Source: Guillardia theta CCMP2712 (lineage: Eukaryota; Protista; Cryptophyta). From it: DNA of 64,000 bases. How positions within the stretch are numbered: position 1 is the first letter of the stretch; every line of letters begins with the position of its first letter. Of the stretch, positions 44,643-60,600 are shown in pieces. The stretch lies in contig NW_005434645.1 of the NCBI RefSeq assembly GCF_000315625.1, positions 643,033-707,032 of the forward strand. Reading direction: 5' to 3'. The position numbers and the translations under genes were made by a program. The notes under the pieces were generated by a model. It worked only from the letters and a program-made list of their open reading frames with translations, was not told the DNA's origin and did not search any database.

Positions 44643-45855
44643 CGTGATCAGGAGAGTCGAGGAGGCTTGACCCGGGCCGGGCCTGACACTGCAGGGATCA
44701 CTGATTGAGCTTTCAAGTTCCGGGCCTCTCACTACAGCACTCAGTCAATCAGTCACTTACTGCCGCGTCTCAGTGACGGACCGTACTGACAGATCATCAT
44801 CATATTGGGGGGGAGCTTGCGTGGTAGGAGTCGAAGTGCTTCCTACCTTTATAAAGGCTCTCTCTCTAGCCGCAAGTTGCCAAGTTTAGGCCTCTCATCC
44901 AAAGCCACAATTTCTTTGATTGATCTTCGAATAGGAAATCTTGATCTTTGAGTAGGATCAAATGGAACTTCCAGGAGATCTGGCGGAAGTTTCATGTCAT
45001 GGAGCTAGGCTGTGGCATGCATAACTGGAGCTACTTGAAGGCTGGATCGGTTCAGATGCCTTGAAACGGATGTTCCAATCCGATGATCTCCGAGGCTCGC
45101 GCCGGCAGCAATCTCTGGTCACAAGTTCTTTACGGTGGCGACTCGGCGAGCAAACTTCTCTCGTCTCAGAGTTCTTTCTTATCTTCACTCTTATCTTATC
45201 CTCTATCTCTCTTCATTGCATCCGCTCGCTACGCATCTCCCTTAAGAGTCTCTGTACTGCACATCTAACAGCCCTGCATGAAAATCTTCTTCAGAATGGA
45301 CAATCCTTGAATGGTTGAAAGTTGCCCACTCAGCATAACTGTGAACTTGACGCAGGCGGTCTCATCGTATCTAACTAAAAAAGTAAGTTGACTCAGTTTG
45401 AACTCAACCAAGACGACTCATTTCTGGATTTTGTGTGCATTAAACTCGGTCTTAAGCAAAAACTGTCTCATTATTACAACCAAGGTCGATGTAGTCACTT
45501 GAAGCCTCCGGTTGTGCTCCGGAGCCTCCGTCACCGTCTCGGAGGATGAGCAACGGCCCCGGGGGGGGGCCGGGGGTCAGGTCCGATCACCAACTGTGAA
45601 GGCTCCTGTTAGTGTCCGTGAGACCGTCTTGCCAGAAGTTCAAGGCATCGGCCCCCGTCGGGTGATCGGACCGGCGGCCCGGCCGGCCCGGCCGCCGCCG
45701 GGCCGGGCGCCGGGCGCGCCCGGTCGGACGCCGGTCCCGGAGTCCGACGGTCAGGCCCGTTTTTAGTCCGAGCAAGCTCGCCTCAACGGTCAGGTAGAAT
45801 GGGACAGCGGTCAGCAAACCTTGCTGTGGCGCAGAAGCCTTGGACCTGCCAGAGC

Positions 45856-46513
45856 ATGGGAGGAGGATGGCGATGGGGTCAGTTTTCTCGTGCGCTGCCA
45901 TTGTCTGTGCTGCTCCCTTCGCTCTTGGACTCCTCCAGCACACATGAATGCAGTCCCAGCACGCACGTCAACAAGATCGTGTACTTCGTGTGTACCAGCA
46001 ACACCTGTCGCAGCCCCATGGCCGAGGTCATAGCGAAGCGATGGCTGGCGGAGAGACATCAGGTTGAGGTCGAGAAGCTGGAGGAGAAGACAGGATGGGT
46101 GGTGAGATCAGCTGGTCTCACTGAAGATTACGAAAAGGCTGGATCGCCTGCCTCAGCAAACAGCATCACAGCGATGAAGAAGGTTGGCATTACACTCGCA
46201 AATCACAGCAGCAAGATGCTTAAAGGCCAGGACGTGGAGGAGGCTCTTGCGATCTTCTGCATCACGGCAAGGCATAGAGATTGGGTCCTCCACATGTTCC
46301 CAACGGCAGAGACCAAGGTCCGGGTTCTAGAGAGAGATGTTGAGGACCCGTGGCACAAAGATCAGGTTCGGCGATTAGAAGAAGACAGGCGGGCTAACAT
46401 AGTCGCAGGTTGCGTATGATGTGTGTGCATCTCAGCTACTAGAGGTCGTTCCGCGAATTTTGGCGAAGGAGTTCAGTTATCTGATAGAAGCAGAAACGCG
46501 TGGAGAGAGGTAG
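45856..46513 (+). CDS. Low-molecular-weight protein tyrosine/arginine phosphatase
   Basis: VYFVCTSNTCRSPMAE P-loop, VRSAGL, DVEDPW; one intron near the 3' end; start uncertain. Confidence 0.88.
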
Positions 46514-47874
46514 CAACTTTCAACGAATGCATCAAACGCACGCACTCAACGTTGAATGTCCTATCCATTGCAGAGTTGTTGGCACTGAGCATAGGCAAGA
46601 TATCACATTTGGTCTTGGGCTATGAGGTATCTTCTTAACCTTCTCCTACTTGGTCGTTCTTGAACATGAAGGAGGAGGCCCTAGACAAGTGAAAAGCTTT
46701 CCCTGCACTGCTTTATGTGGATCGTATTTGTTCATAGAATACGCTCAATGACATGCATAACTTGTTGTTTCTTCCTGATTAATCGTAATTTCAGCTTCAA
46801 TGATATTGTCCGGTGTCTGTTGCCTTTTGTTTTGTTGTTGTAGTGCAACAAACTAGAACGGAATGAAATCAAACGATTTTGTCAATTTGTTGCAAGGGAG
46901 TGGAAAGGAAGGAGAGACCGGACGGTGCATGAGGTGAGGGTGTGGAAGGAGAAGGAGAGAGGAAGGGAATGTGGCAGCAGGCAGGAAGAGGCAACGAAGT
47001 CTGGGATGGACGTTTGAACCGGAGGGCAAGGGAGACGTGAATCGAGAAAGCCAAGGTGCTACAAGATCAGTTTCGTATAGTTTTTCCGATCCGGTATTAT
47101 CTCCTTGTCTTCTCTCCTTGTCTTCTCTCCTTGTCTCCTCTCCTTGTCTTCACTTTATGATATCTCAACAAGAGATCTGACCTGTTGCCTTCCCAACAAG
47201 CCTCTTGTTAACCCCTGGGATCCTGGCTCATTCCCGTGATGGTTCATTTCGTTCTTACAGCCTTTCGTTCACCTTTCGTTCATCATCTCATTCTTTCTTG
47301 TTCGCCATCCCCCCCCCCTCCAAACCACCAGAACCAGAACACCTCCCCCCTCTCCCCCCTCACTTCCTTTTCCGCTGTCTTCATCTGCATTCTGCTTCCC
47401 TTGTCTTGCTACCCCCTCATCCTCACCCCCTTTGGCATACTTTCCCCCATTATGTTCCCTTTTTCCTTTCATCTTTCAACCCTCAACTTTCAAGTCTTCC
47501 ACCCTCCCTGGTTATCCTCCGCTCTTTCTAGATGTATCTACTTAAGAACTGCTCTCCTCCTTTTCTCAACCCCTGGTCTCTCTTTCTCCTTGACATCTCT
47601 GCTCGTCTTGACCATTTCGTCTTTGCCTCATGTTTGCTGCTGCTGCTGCTGCTGCTCTCCTCTCTTGCCTCCCACCCCTCCAGTATCACCTGCTTCATCG
47701 CCATCCCGCCACCCCCGGTCATAAACAAGTTTGTGTGAGGGAGGACAGTGTTTCCTGGTCGATCATTCTCACTAGGTTCACTTTGCTGTCCTGGCACTGC
47801 CAAATCGGGGAGATGCGACAACACTGTCATGGGGGGAACACAGGATGCAGAGGGAAAGGAGCAGAGGAGAGGAG

Positions 47875-47950
47875 ACAATGGTGAGGAGGAGAGAAGAGGA
47901 TACAATGGTGAGGAGGAGAGAAGAGGATACAATGGTGAGGAGGAGAGGAG
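47875..47950. repeat. 27-bp tandem repeat (~3 copies)
   Basis: ACAATGGTGAGGAGGAGAGAAGAGGAT. Confidence 0.85.
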
Positions 47951-50107
47951 AATGGACAAGCCCGAGGAGGAGATCGTCTGGGTGCGACTCTCTGTCTGGT
48001 CTCACTGATTGCCAAGTGGCAGATGCTGCGGTAGGTCGACGGAGCATGAGATGTCGTGGAGGAACGAAATCCATCGTTTGCTCATCGTCGCTCAACCGGC
48101 TGCGCGAGGACTGGCAGCAGCAGTGGCGGTGGCCATGCTGGGTGAGCATGGGATTTGCTTCTAGGATCATAGGCTGACATGGAAGCAAGAGACGAGGAGA
48201 GCATCGGAGATCGCCTTCGGAGATGACAATGATTGGCTCCTCCCCCACTTCCTCCTGGTGCTCCTGCTCCCCAACTTCAGATGACCTCCTCTTTCTTTTA
48301 TCTCTGTCTCTGTCTCTGCCTCTGCCTCTGCCTTCTCCAACCCCCTCGCTCTGACATGCCGAAAATGTGCTGAGTCTCCTCCGTCTGGCCCCGCTTCTCC
48401 TTCCTTATTGTCCAGTGCGACGTTGGCTGACATGCGATGGCGACAGCGCAAGATCGAAGTGCAGCAGAGGTGCGGGGGCGAGGAGCTTGACCATCAGGAG
48501 GAGGAAGGAGGAGACTCTCCACGAGCATGCAGCACGAGTGCGAGGCAGCGAGGAGGAGAACAAGGGGGACTGCATGACAGCATGTGACGGGCGATGCTCT
48601 CGTCTCCTCCTCTCACTCAGTTGTCAGAAAGGCGCCAGACCTCGAGTCACCGGCTGCGCATCGTCCTCCTCTTCCTCCTCCGTTGCCGTTGCCTCTTCCA
48701 CCCTCCAAGCATGCCGCGTCCTTGGAAAGTTTGTACGCGTCTGCTCTTGAGGTAGAGGAAGGAGAAGCATGCGGTCATGCATGACGATGCTTTGTAGGGG
48801 AGGACAGAGGTGATGCGACTGCTGATTGAGGATGACGTCGACGTGCAGGGAAGGAACAGGTGCAGCTTGAAGGAGGGAGGGGCTGTCTGTGAGCCTTCCC
48901 AGGCAAGGACTGCAAGCTTTGCACGCTGCTGCGGTGTCTGGACACGCCGAATGCCTCAAGTAGGTCTGAATGGGGAAGCAAGTGCATGGAAGGGGAGGAA
49001 GTGAGGGGGGGGAGGGGCTGGAGCTGAGGAGGGATTTAGAGGGATGAACGACTAAGGAGGGGGATGAGAGATAAGGAACAGCGCTCAATCTCTCATGGTT
49101 CAGGTTGCTTCTTGCCAGCCACGCAAATCCAAATGCGAAAACGAATGATGGCAGGACGGGGCTAGCGCTGTCGGCGATGATGGTGAGCTAGCAAGAGGAT
49201 GGAGGGGCTAGCTGGGAGAGAAGACAGCAGCGGGTTGGATCGATTGAATCACATTGAGCGATGGGAGGGGGAGGAATGGCGGGTGACTGATGATACTGTC
49301 ATGGCAGGGGCATGTGTCCTGTCTGGATGTGCTGCTGGTAAGTTTCAACCCGTTGACTTGAAAAATATGAAACGGGGAACAGGAGGAAGGAGCCGACCCG
49401 CAGCTCTGCGATGCCATGGGTTTCACTCCAGTCAACTGTGCAGTCATGAGCGGGTGAAGCTTCTGCTTCTGCTTCTGCTTCTGCTGCTGCTGCTGCTACA
49501 TACTTGCTCTTGCGTGCACTTGCTCTGATTAGCTGTCTTGTGTCTTCTTGATTCGTTCTCCCATCATGTATCAGTCACAGTGTCCCCTCCCTTCTTGTTC
49601 ACCTCGCTTGCAGGCGAGTAGAGGCCGTCAGGTTCCTCGCTGCCCGCATGAGTGCGGACAGAAGCGAACAGGAACAGGACAGCGCGAGGAGAAGGGAAGA
49701 GGTCGATTGCAAGTTTGCTGCCCTCATGTAACCCTTTCCTCGTATTCACATCGACCTGATGATTTTTCAGCGATCAGGCGAATCGAGCAAGAACCAAAAG
49801 TTAGTAATCGTGCTTCTGCTCCAGTTCCTGATCCTTTTATCTCCCCCTCAATCAACTACCTACGATGATCTTCATCGTAGTTCTCTCGTGCGGCTCTTGA
49901 CCTGATCTCTCAGACTCTCTCCTCGCCGAAGTCTCTGCTGGCTTTCTCGCCACCTGCTATCTCGCGTCGATTCTTCATGCTCCTGCTCGCGATCTCGATG
50001 CACATCAAACTTGAAATTTGGACAAGAGGCCATTCAGGAGCAGCAGCAGCTTCCGATATTGGGCAGGGGCGAGGAGGAGGACACCCAGAGCATCAAGTTG
50101 AAAAGTA

Positions 50108-51986
<1,879 letters not shown>

Positions 51987-54364
51987 CTTTGGATAAACCA
52001 ATCCAGGACTGTGCAGAGGTGCTGTCTCGAGGTGCACTAACAGAGAATTAGTCTGCTCGAGTGCCAGTTCACCCTCGCCACGGCGTACCTGCTGTTGACC
52101 AAGCTACACAGGCCACAGAAATAACAATTTGAAAGAGAAATCCTTGACATAGAAAATCAGGTGTGAAACTGAGAGATGCAAATAGTAGGGGGGGGGGGGG
52201 GGGGGGGCGGGGGGGGGAGGGGGGGCTTTAAAAAAAACAAGCAACAAGCATGATACCTGTGAACGAATTCTTGTTGCTGGGTATGTTGATCTTGTTTTTT
52301 AGTATATTTCTTGAGCTAGCGATTACAGTCTCAGTGACTTGTTAGCTCGTCACAGCAGCTGTCTAGGCTTTCTCCCGATGCCTCCTGATAGTTTAGGGGT
52401 AAGATGAGATATCTTGACGCTCCCAGGAGACGTGACGGTGAGCCTTCCGTCTTTTGTTTCAGCCGATCAATGCCTTTGAGAAGACTTGCTGATTTGCCTT
52501 TTTCCAGCAACCAATCTGAGCGTTCCTTCTCAACCACCAACACTGCTCTTCTTTCCTCCTGTCTTTGTTCTCTCTTTCTCTTCTCTCCTGTCAGCTCAGT
52601 ATCATCCACCCCCTTTCCGATTCCACCATTGTCGCTTAACAACGTTGGTTGTTAACACATATTTCACTTAATTGATTGGTTTTGTGGCTATTTCCTCCAA
52701 TAGAATACCAGCAGAGGTCTTATTTTAGGCTACTTTTATGTTATTAACCACTTGAGGAAAACCACCAAATTGCAGCCCTATTCACCCTCACCCCCCCGCT
52801 TCACGCACACATTTTTTCCCCTCCACCGGTACTTCGACAAGACCCCACCCCTGCTTCTTCCTACGACTTCTTGAATAGATCTCACCCCCCACCCTACCAC
52901 CACCACCACCACCACCACCACCACCACCACCACCGCCACATTGTCACATGTACCACCCTTTGTCCGTCTCGTCTATAAAGCTTTCATTTTAGACCCTACC
53001 CTACCCCCATTTTTTCCTTCGACCCCACCCCTGACATGAAAAAAAATAATATAAAACCTAGAGCGAGAGGTAGCAGGGATTCTTCAAATCACTTAAAGAT
53101 ATAATCGATGTTTCCCTCACCTCTAGCCCATTCTCTCCTACCCCAAACACGATAACCCCACCCTACTGAAGAAGTTGTTTCGGGGGTTCCCAAGGGGTCA
53201 ATTGGCCAGTAATCCAGAAGGCAGCCCCATGGGTGGGTTTTGGATTGTCATTTCACAATTACACTTATAAGTAAGAGGGGCCTCCTCAGAGGCATACCGG
53301 GATGACAGAGATGTCAGGTCACAAAGACAACGCCAACTCTCAAAATTTTCTGTGTTCCAGTTTAGGTTGGCAACTTGATTCAGATTGAAAGGGTCCTTTA
53401 CCCACGAAATATATTGGCGAGAGAGGGTAATCGATCGCCAACTGGGTCTTGAGGCGCTACCTGTCGGATACTACTTTACTACGAAAGGGACAAATAAAGT
53501 ATTTTAAAACGAGTGTAATTTCCAAAAAGGAGTATTTTCATTTTCAGTCTGCAGCCGAAATCTGTAAATCGAGATGGCTGACGGAAACGTATGGCTGACC
53601 AAACGTGGCAGAAGCACAAAAACAGCCCTTGGGGGTAGTAGTATCAAAATAGGGGTAGGGGTACATAAGGATGTCCAAGAGATACTCAATTTTGAGATAA
53701 CCCTGGGGGTGGGGTCACCAATTGAAGGGGCCAGGAAGTTTATGGGTAGGGTCAGTATGATGGAAAGGGTGGGGTGATGGTCATCTTGAAATCGGGCCCT
53801 CAAAAGTTCCGAACTCTTTTACGGCAAAAGTTTGACTAGAAAGTTCCTGGGGGACAGCAGTTGGCAGGATTACGTTTGGTTCTCGCTGTCTTTTCTCTTC
53901 TCGCCGTTTGGCCTGCAGTGCGCCGGTCAGGGCGACTCTCCTGATTGTCCTCGTAATGATCTTCAAGTAACTTTGAGTAGCGGCAAGCGCCGCGCTGCCG
54001 CGGCCCGGCGCCGTGCCGTCAGGATGGCAGAGGCGGCGGCCCGGAGGCTCGCCGGCCGGGCTTGGCAGCCGGAGGCTCCGACAGATCATGAGTCGCAGTA
54101 AATTGTCTACTGTACAAAGCGAAGCCGCTGAGCAAGCGGCGCCGTGTCGCCGTTCCCTCGGGAGCCGCTCCCGCGAGTCCGTCCCGGTCGGAGCCTGGGC
54201 TCCAGGGGACTCCCGGATGAGCAGCTGAAGAAACAATCATTGAATCGCTCCTGAGCTCCGGGAGGCTCGTGGAGCTGCTAAAGAAAAGCTGAAATGGGTG
54301 AACGAGGGTGCCTCGGAAACTTGGCCGGGAAAGTCGGGCGGGCGGAGCACAGTGAGGCCGGGGA

Positions 54365-56150
54365 TCAGAAGAGAGTCGGAGCATCCTGATGTTGAGGCTT
54401 GTAGAGGGTGTTCTGAAACTGTAGGGGAAGCGTCACCAACAGCGTCGCGGGCAAGAGAGAAAGTAGGGCACCTTTGTGAGGTCGCAGTTGGGGTTGACCT
54501 TGCACTGGAGGTAGCGGTCCGGATATCCCTCCCATGTCCTCTCGCATTGCAATGGCGTCGTGGCACCAACAAGCGCCTGGTCGAGGGTCAGCGGGCAGTG
54601 GGCAGCAGGCAGAGGCGAAGGAGGATACAGTCGTGGTCGGCTTGCAAGTGCCTCCGCTGCTCACGCAAACCGCCTGCTCGATGACGAAGGTAGAACCTCC
54701 AATCTACCGCCTCCTCAGCGTCACAACTTTGGCCTCTCACAACCGCACCCGCGCGACATCTCCTAGGCTGAGCGTCCCGTTCTGGTGGACTGTGCTATTG
54801 AGCCCGGTCGAGCAGTACTTGCCCTCGTGCGTCCCTCCCACACACACAGGAGGACAATCAAAGCAGAAGGGCTGGCCAGAGAGAGGGTTGTACTTGCCGA
54901 CTGCAGACAAGGATGAGGGAGAGCAAAAGGCGCCGCTCGACTTACTGGGGCAGGAGAGGCAGAAGGATGAGGGGTGCACTGAAGTTGGATCCCGAAAATT
55001 GTAAGCGCAGCACCCATCAGGCTGAGACAAGTTATAGACAGACAAAATGGCCAAAGAAGAAAAGAGAGGAGGGGAGGGGGGGGGAGGGGAGAAGTCAAAA
55101 GGTGAGGAGAGGTGAAGGAGGAGACCTGAGAGCCATAGGTCCCATCGGGGCAGGGCACACAAGCGTCCGAGTCTCCTGCATCGAAGTGAGCGAATGTATG
55201 AGCAACAGCTACAACAGTCTGCCTGCTCGGAGCTTGTCCGACCAGTATCCTTTCGCACACTTCATGCACTGATACCCGTATTGGGCGTTTCCACCGTAGC
55301 TGAGCAAGCGCCATCAAGTCATTCCCCTGCCTCCTCGCGGCCATGCAGTCGCAAAGATCACCTGCCTGTCCCACATGCAGTTCCACACCTGCAGAGGAGA
55401 GCTCAGCACGGTGAAGGGGAGGGGCTGAAGGAGCAGGCTGCAGCTCACTGGCCGTTATCCAAGCAAGCGGCCTCGAGTACAACGATGCAGTAGGCGGGAT
55501 CGTTGGGATCAGTGCTCCCTGCTCCACACTCATTGACTCCTGAGGGAGAGTTGGAGCCGAGGACCTTGGATAGCGTCAGGCAGGTACAAGGCACTCGAAG
55601 ATGATCGCACCCTTGACTTGTCCATTGAGCAGATTCCTTTCTTGACGCTCGTCGGCCTGTCCGACCCGCTCCCATCTTCGACAGTTCAGCCCCTCCTCGA
55701 TCGAGCTTGTCTACTCACCCACGTTGCTCGTCAGATTTCCAGCCTGCGGCTAGAGTGAGGAAGAGGAGAAGGAGACATCGGAAAGCAACCATGAAGGAGC
55801 CCTGCACAACGTGATTGGGGTTGTAGATGGTATAGTTGCTCTGCATGCAGAAGTAGCCGGTGTGGTCACAGCAGTAACTAGTGTCTTGCCCTTGGAAGTA
55901 CTGGATGCAGAAGACATCGGTGTTGATTCTCCCGAGCTGCATTTCAGTCCGTCAAGCTCCTTCACAACGTCACATTCTCACCTGCCCGTCTGCTGCGCCC
56001 ACAGTCTGCTCATCTTCATCGTCAGAGACTTAACAACTCAACATGTCAACTCACACTGCATTGCCATTGTGTGGCACCGGCAGATGACAAGAGTACGAGC
56101 AAGCCGACAAGGCTCTTCATGTAGTTGTCGACAGACTGCAAACGTCATCA
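54365..56150 (-). CDS. Cys-rich extracellular-type protein (multi-exon; boundaries approximate)
   Basis: CVPCPDGTY, GKYNPLSGQPFCFDCP, CVGGTHEGKYC, YCCDHTGYFC. Confidence 0.5.
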
Positions 56151-56671
56151 TGCATGAACCACACTACATCTCCCTCCCATGCTCCCTTCCTGCTCTCACT
56201 GGATCTCGCTGGCTCCTCCTCCTACACCACCTCTCCTTCTCTCTCCTTCCCTGCTCCCCTCCATCTCCCCCGCCATGCCCCTGGGCCCCCGCCGCCTCAC
56301 GACGGCATGAATGAAAACATAACTCAACATTTTGTAGCTGCAGCAAACCCCATTCCTCCTTGCATCCTCCTCGCTCCGCCCCCTGCCCCATCCGACACTT
56401 TCCACCTCCTCGCTCCTCTCCCGCTAACCCCATGATCTCTCCACCTCCTCGCTCCTCTCCCGCTATCCCCATGATCTCTCCGCCTCCTCCCTCTCTTCCT
56501 TCCCACCTCTTGTTCTTCTTCCGGCCTCTCCGCCCCTGCATTTTTGTATCGGCTCCCTACTCCTTCGGTGTTCCTTCCTTCATCCTCCTTCCCTTGTTGT
56601 GGGGTCTGTCGCTGCTGCTGCTCTCTTCGCTCGCCTCTGACATGGGCTGCCACAAGGTCTTCGGGATCAAC

Positions 56672-57459
56672 ATGGGCGACAACAATCAGGGCAACGCCAT
56701 AACGCGCGAGGTTGAGGCGTTTTCTTCCATGTGCCTCCTCTTCCTCCTCCCCCCCTCCCGTCTACGTGTCTACAACCTCATGCCAGCTCAGGTGATCACT
56801 GCAGAGCCGGAAGCGACATGGTGGAACTTCAGGCATGCGCCCTGTTTCCGCGAGACCATGATGTACAGCGTCTCCATCGCGACCTTCTTCGGACTGATGG
56901 ACGCGCGCAAGCGAAGTGCGTCTGCTTACATCCTCTGCCAGTGACACAGCAGCAACCTCCTCCTCTCCTGCTAGGATCATCTTCACAATACATTTAGTCC
57001 TTTCTGTCTGCACATAGGCCATGACCTCCCGTTGCTTTCTTTGGAGAAACTGCTGCTGCTCCTTCTTGCCCTCAATTCATTCGATTGCTCCCATTCCATG
57101 TTAACGGACTGATTGCATGCTCAGAATCAGCGATCGATATCGGAAACAAGACAGTTGCTGTCTTTGTTGTCACAGCGCTAGGAACTTGGTTCTCTTCTGC
57201 TGCCTCCTCACCCTGCGCTGTCTTGCCCTGCCTGCTCCTTGCTGCTGCTTGTTGCGATGCGTGTCGTCGCGGGCTGACGGGGAGGCTGCAGGGGGCTTTG
57301 CCGGTGGCAGGTGAGGCAGAGGACGGAGATGATCAGGGAGCAAATGCGCTTCTACCAGAACCAGAAGGTGATGTTGCTTCGCTTCCACCCCCCCTCACAG
57401 GCGCTCAGAAAATGGAGACGCTTGGCCCACAGAACTCCGAGAAGACTGAGGGAGCATGA
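56672..57459 (+). CDS. COX20: Cytochrome c oxidase assembly factor COX20-like (multi-exon)
   Basis: APCFRETMMYSV..FFG, second TM GNKTVAVFVVTALGTW, then C-R motif and charged tail. Confidence 0.65.
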
Positions 57460-57644
57460 GACAGCAGCAGGACGAAGCATGTGAGAGGCGAGAGAATGAA
57501 AAGAGGGAGGGACGAAGGGGAATAGACGTTTGCTCAGCATTGGAAAAATATTGACCTAGAATACCTTATACATTGTTCAAACATTTCACTTCTTACCATT
57601 CACTACATGACAGACATGACTTACAAACATAACTTTTGCAATCG

Positions 57645-60600
57645 TCACTTTCTCTTTCCGCATGAGTCATCGTCTTCGTTGCTTGCTGCCATAGCCAGGG
57701 GACGGAATCTACGTTCAGGATGTGCAGAGGCAGTGGCAGCGGCATCACTCGTCTCTTCCTCCTCGATGTACACATTGTCTGCATTGACGGCGAGCAGTGG
57801 AGGAGCCGTCGGGATCGGCATGGTGATGATCCCGTGGGTTGTTGCGAGGTTGTAGCTCTGCATCTCTGCGGAAGGGAACAGTCAGACATCAAGACGAGAG
57901 GAAGCAGCAAGAGCGAGCGAGATCAGACGAGAGAAGCGGAACATTGAGGGATGAGAGAGCAGGGAGTGAGGCAAAGGCAGTGAGGTAAAGAAACAGAGAG
58001 AAGGGATGAGAAGCGAAGGAAGAAACGCAGTTAAGAGCTATGGGAAGTACTCACCAACATCGCCTGGTTGGCTTCTCGCCTGAGTGAAGTATCAGAACCT
58101 GTTTTAGAAAGTTTCGTATTTACCGAATGAACGACGTTATCAGCCAACTCAGCCGCTCGCTTTCTTCTCCTGCCCATCCTTGTCAGGCTAAGGGGGAAGA
58201 ATAGGATGCCTGAGACATGTGGACGACGACGGCAAGGACAGCGAGAGACAGGAAGGCTACTCCACACCCTATAGCGATCCAGGCGGTGTAGGGGAAAGTC
58301 TGCTGCAAGGTGAGTGCAGTGAGACGGGAAGAGGTGCCAGCATAGCAAGAGAGGAAGGAGAGTGATTATCAACCGCAGAGGTAGCAGGAGGAGTCGTTGA
58401 CGCCGTTGACGAAGCTGGAGCCGAAGATTCGATGTAGGGAGCTTGGACGATGATAGCCCTTGGAAGCCCCTGTTGATGTTCACGTCATGATAGACGAAAC
58501 CATAGGGTTCAAGTTGCCTGCTTCTGGAGGTTGTCGTTGAGCTTGCTCATGGTGATCTTCGATACAACTTGGTTGGCAGTAGACACAGTCGGCAAGGTGA
58601 TTGACGTCATGATAACGACGTTGCTCGACGAGGTTGACAGCCTTCTGCTTACGGGAGAAGATGCGGACTGAGTCTCTGTCACCTTGACAATCCTGCGAGG
58701 GGAGTGACAAGAGGCAAGAGGGAAGTCGCTCGTCACCGAACGTCTCGCTGCGGGACACCAGCAGTGTTAGCGACAGCAGCGAGGAACAACGACTGTTTTT
58801 GCTGAAAGTCTGCCAAGGATAAGGGCATCTGAGCCTGGAAGGTGACTACTGTCTTGGGGGCAGAGGGCGAGGGCTGACAAGCAAGTCAGTCATCATGCAC
58901 AATCCACTAGCCGCTCTCACTGTCGCCGCCGCGGTCGTCGTGGTTATGGTCTCGATGGAGGAGGTGGTGGAGCTTGCGGAGCTCGTGGAGGCCGGGATCT
59001 GGTCGCCATGTCCTCCTGGAGATGTCTCCAGGTACACACTGGCTGCAAACTGGTTGAAAAGAGACGCGTGAATTGCCAGCACCCAAACCCCTTGTGTGCT
59101 GAAAGAGAAGCTGGAGCTTGTGATCTCTGTGTCTCCGCTGACATGCCGCAGCAGCAAGTCGTGATCTGCATACGAAGGCTTTTTGTGGATGGCCAGCATC
59201 ACTGAAAATCGGGCAGCAGAGTCTGCGGGGTTGATCACGAGTCGCCAGCTCTGGTTGAAAGAAGACACATTGAAGTACAAAAATGTCGACTCGCCCGGCT
59301 CGAGATCCACCCAGTCTGCATGGGCGGAATCGAGGGGGGTGGTAGAGAGCTCGCAAGCCTCCCCCATGTGGTAGAGGTCGCAATGGCAATAAATTCCCTC
59401 GCACTCCCCTGCTCCTTTGCACCCGCTTGGACACGAAGGAGGAGGACAAGAACCTTTGACCACAAAGTTTCCAGTGACCACCATTGATACTGTCTGAGGA
59501 TTCACCGGAATGTCCCTCCCTGACACATAAAGCAGGTAAGTTCCATTCTTGGGCTTCGTCCACACAACCTGGATGGAGTCTCAGCAGTGGACCAACAGTG
59601 TTACAACTTCACCTGCTCATTGTTGTTTAAACGGTCTCGCACGTTGTACGTTCCGTACAGGCTGTTGTGAAATTGTTTGCCATTTCCATACATTGTCACT
59701 CCTTCAGGCCCCACGACGGTGAGGTCAACGTCATTGATCAACGCTCGGAAGGCGGAAGGATGTGCAGGGGGATCAGTCCATGCGATGGTGACTCGCAGCT
59801 CTGAGCTTTCCTTCACATCGATACACACAGATATCACCTGGCCTTGTGAAACATTGACACCATCCTGAACCCGGAGGACATATTCAGTGCTGTTGTCCAT
59901 GCGCAGGACGGAGGAGAGGTTTATCAAACCATACCCCTGATCCTCCGAGGGCGTCAACCTGCCTGACTCTCTCCCGATGTGGTTGGCGCTGTGAAGGAGC
60001 ATGGCTCTGATCAAAGCAGCACAAGGGTTGAAGGGCTGAGGCGCGTGTTGCCAAGAAGTGAGGCCATCGGCAGAAGAGTGACCAGCTGTGAAGAACTCTC
60101 TGAGCAGAGCAGCTGCTCCAGCAACAGCTGGGGCTGCCATGGAGGTTCCGGACATGTCAATCAATGCGTCCAAACCGCAGTAAGTTTGGTTCAGCTCTCC
60201 CTTGGAACGAGCGGAGATAACTTGCGACCCGGGAGCAAGCAGGTCAGGTTTGAACCGTCCGTCGTAAGTGGGTCCTCGAGAAGAAAAACTAGCGACGTCC
60301 ATCCTTAACATTGAGATTGAAGGAAGTTCAATGGCAAGAGAATTTGAGTCTTGATTTAGGATGTTGTTGAGAGCTTTCCCATCGTTGAACGAAATCATTA
60401 GGCAAGGAATCTTCGGTTGAAATTTGTCTGCTGGAGCCATAGAAATCGTTAAATCGCTCCTCGTAGAATCATTGTTGTAGACGATCATGCCTATCGCACT
60501 TGTATTCTGCACGAAAGCACTCTTCTGAGAGAAGGTGCAGGAGCCTCTGCGAACAAGAACAAATTTATCTGCCAAGCTTTCTGGATTCTCTAGTTGACTG

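Noticed and set aside
46860-50060. Probable multi-exon hypothetical gene(s)
   Set aside because: Splice-like signals exist, but strand, frame and product could not be resolved
52770-53790. C-rich and G-rich tracts as terminal inverted repeats of a DNA transposon
   Set aside because: Complementary in composition only; no base-level inverted repeat, TSD or transposase found
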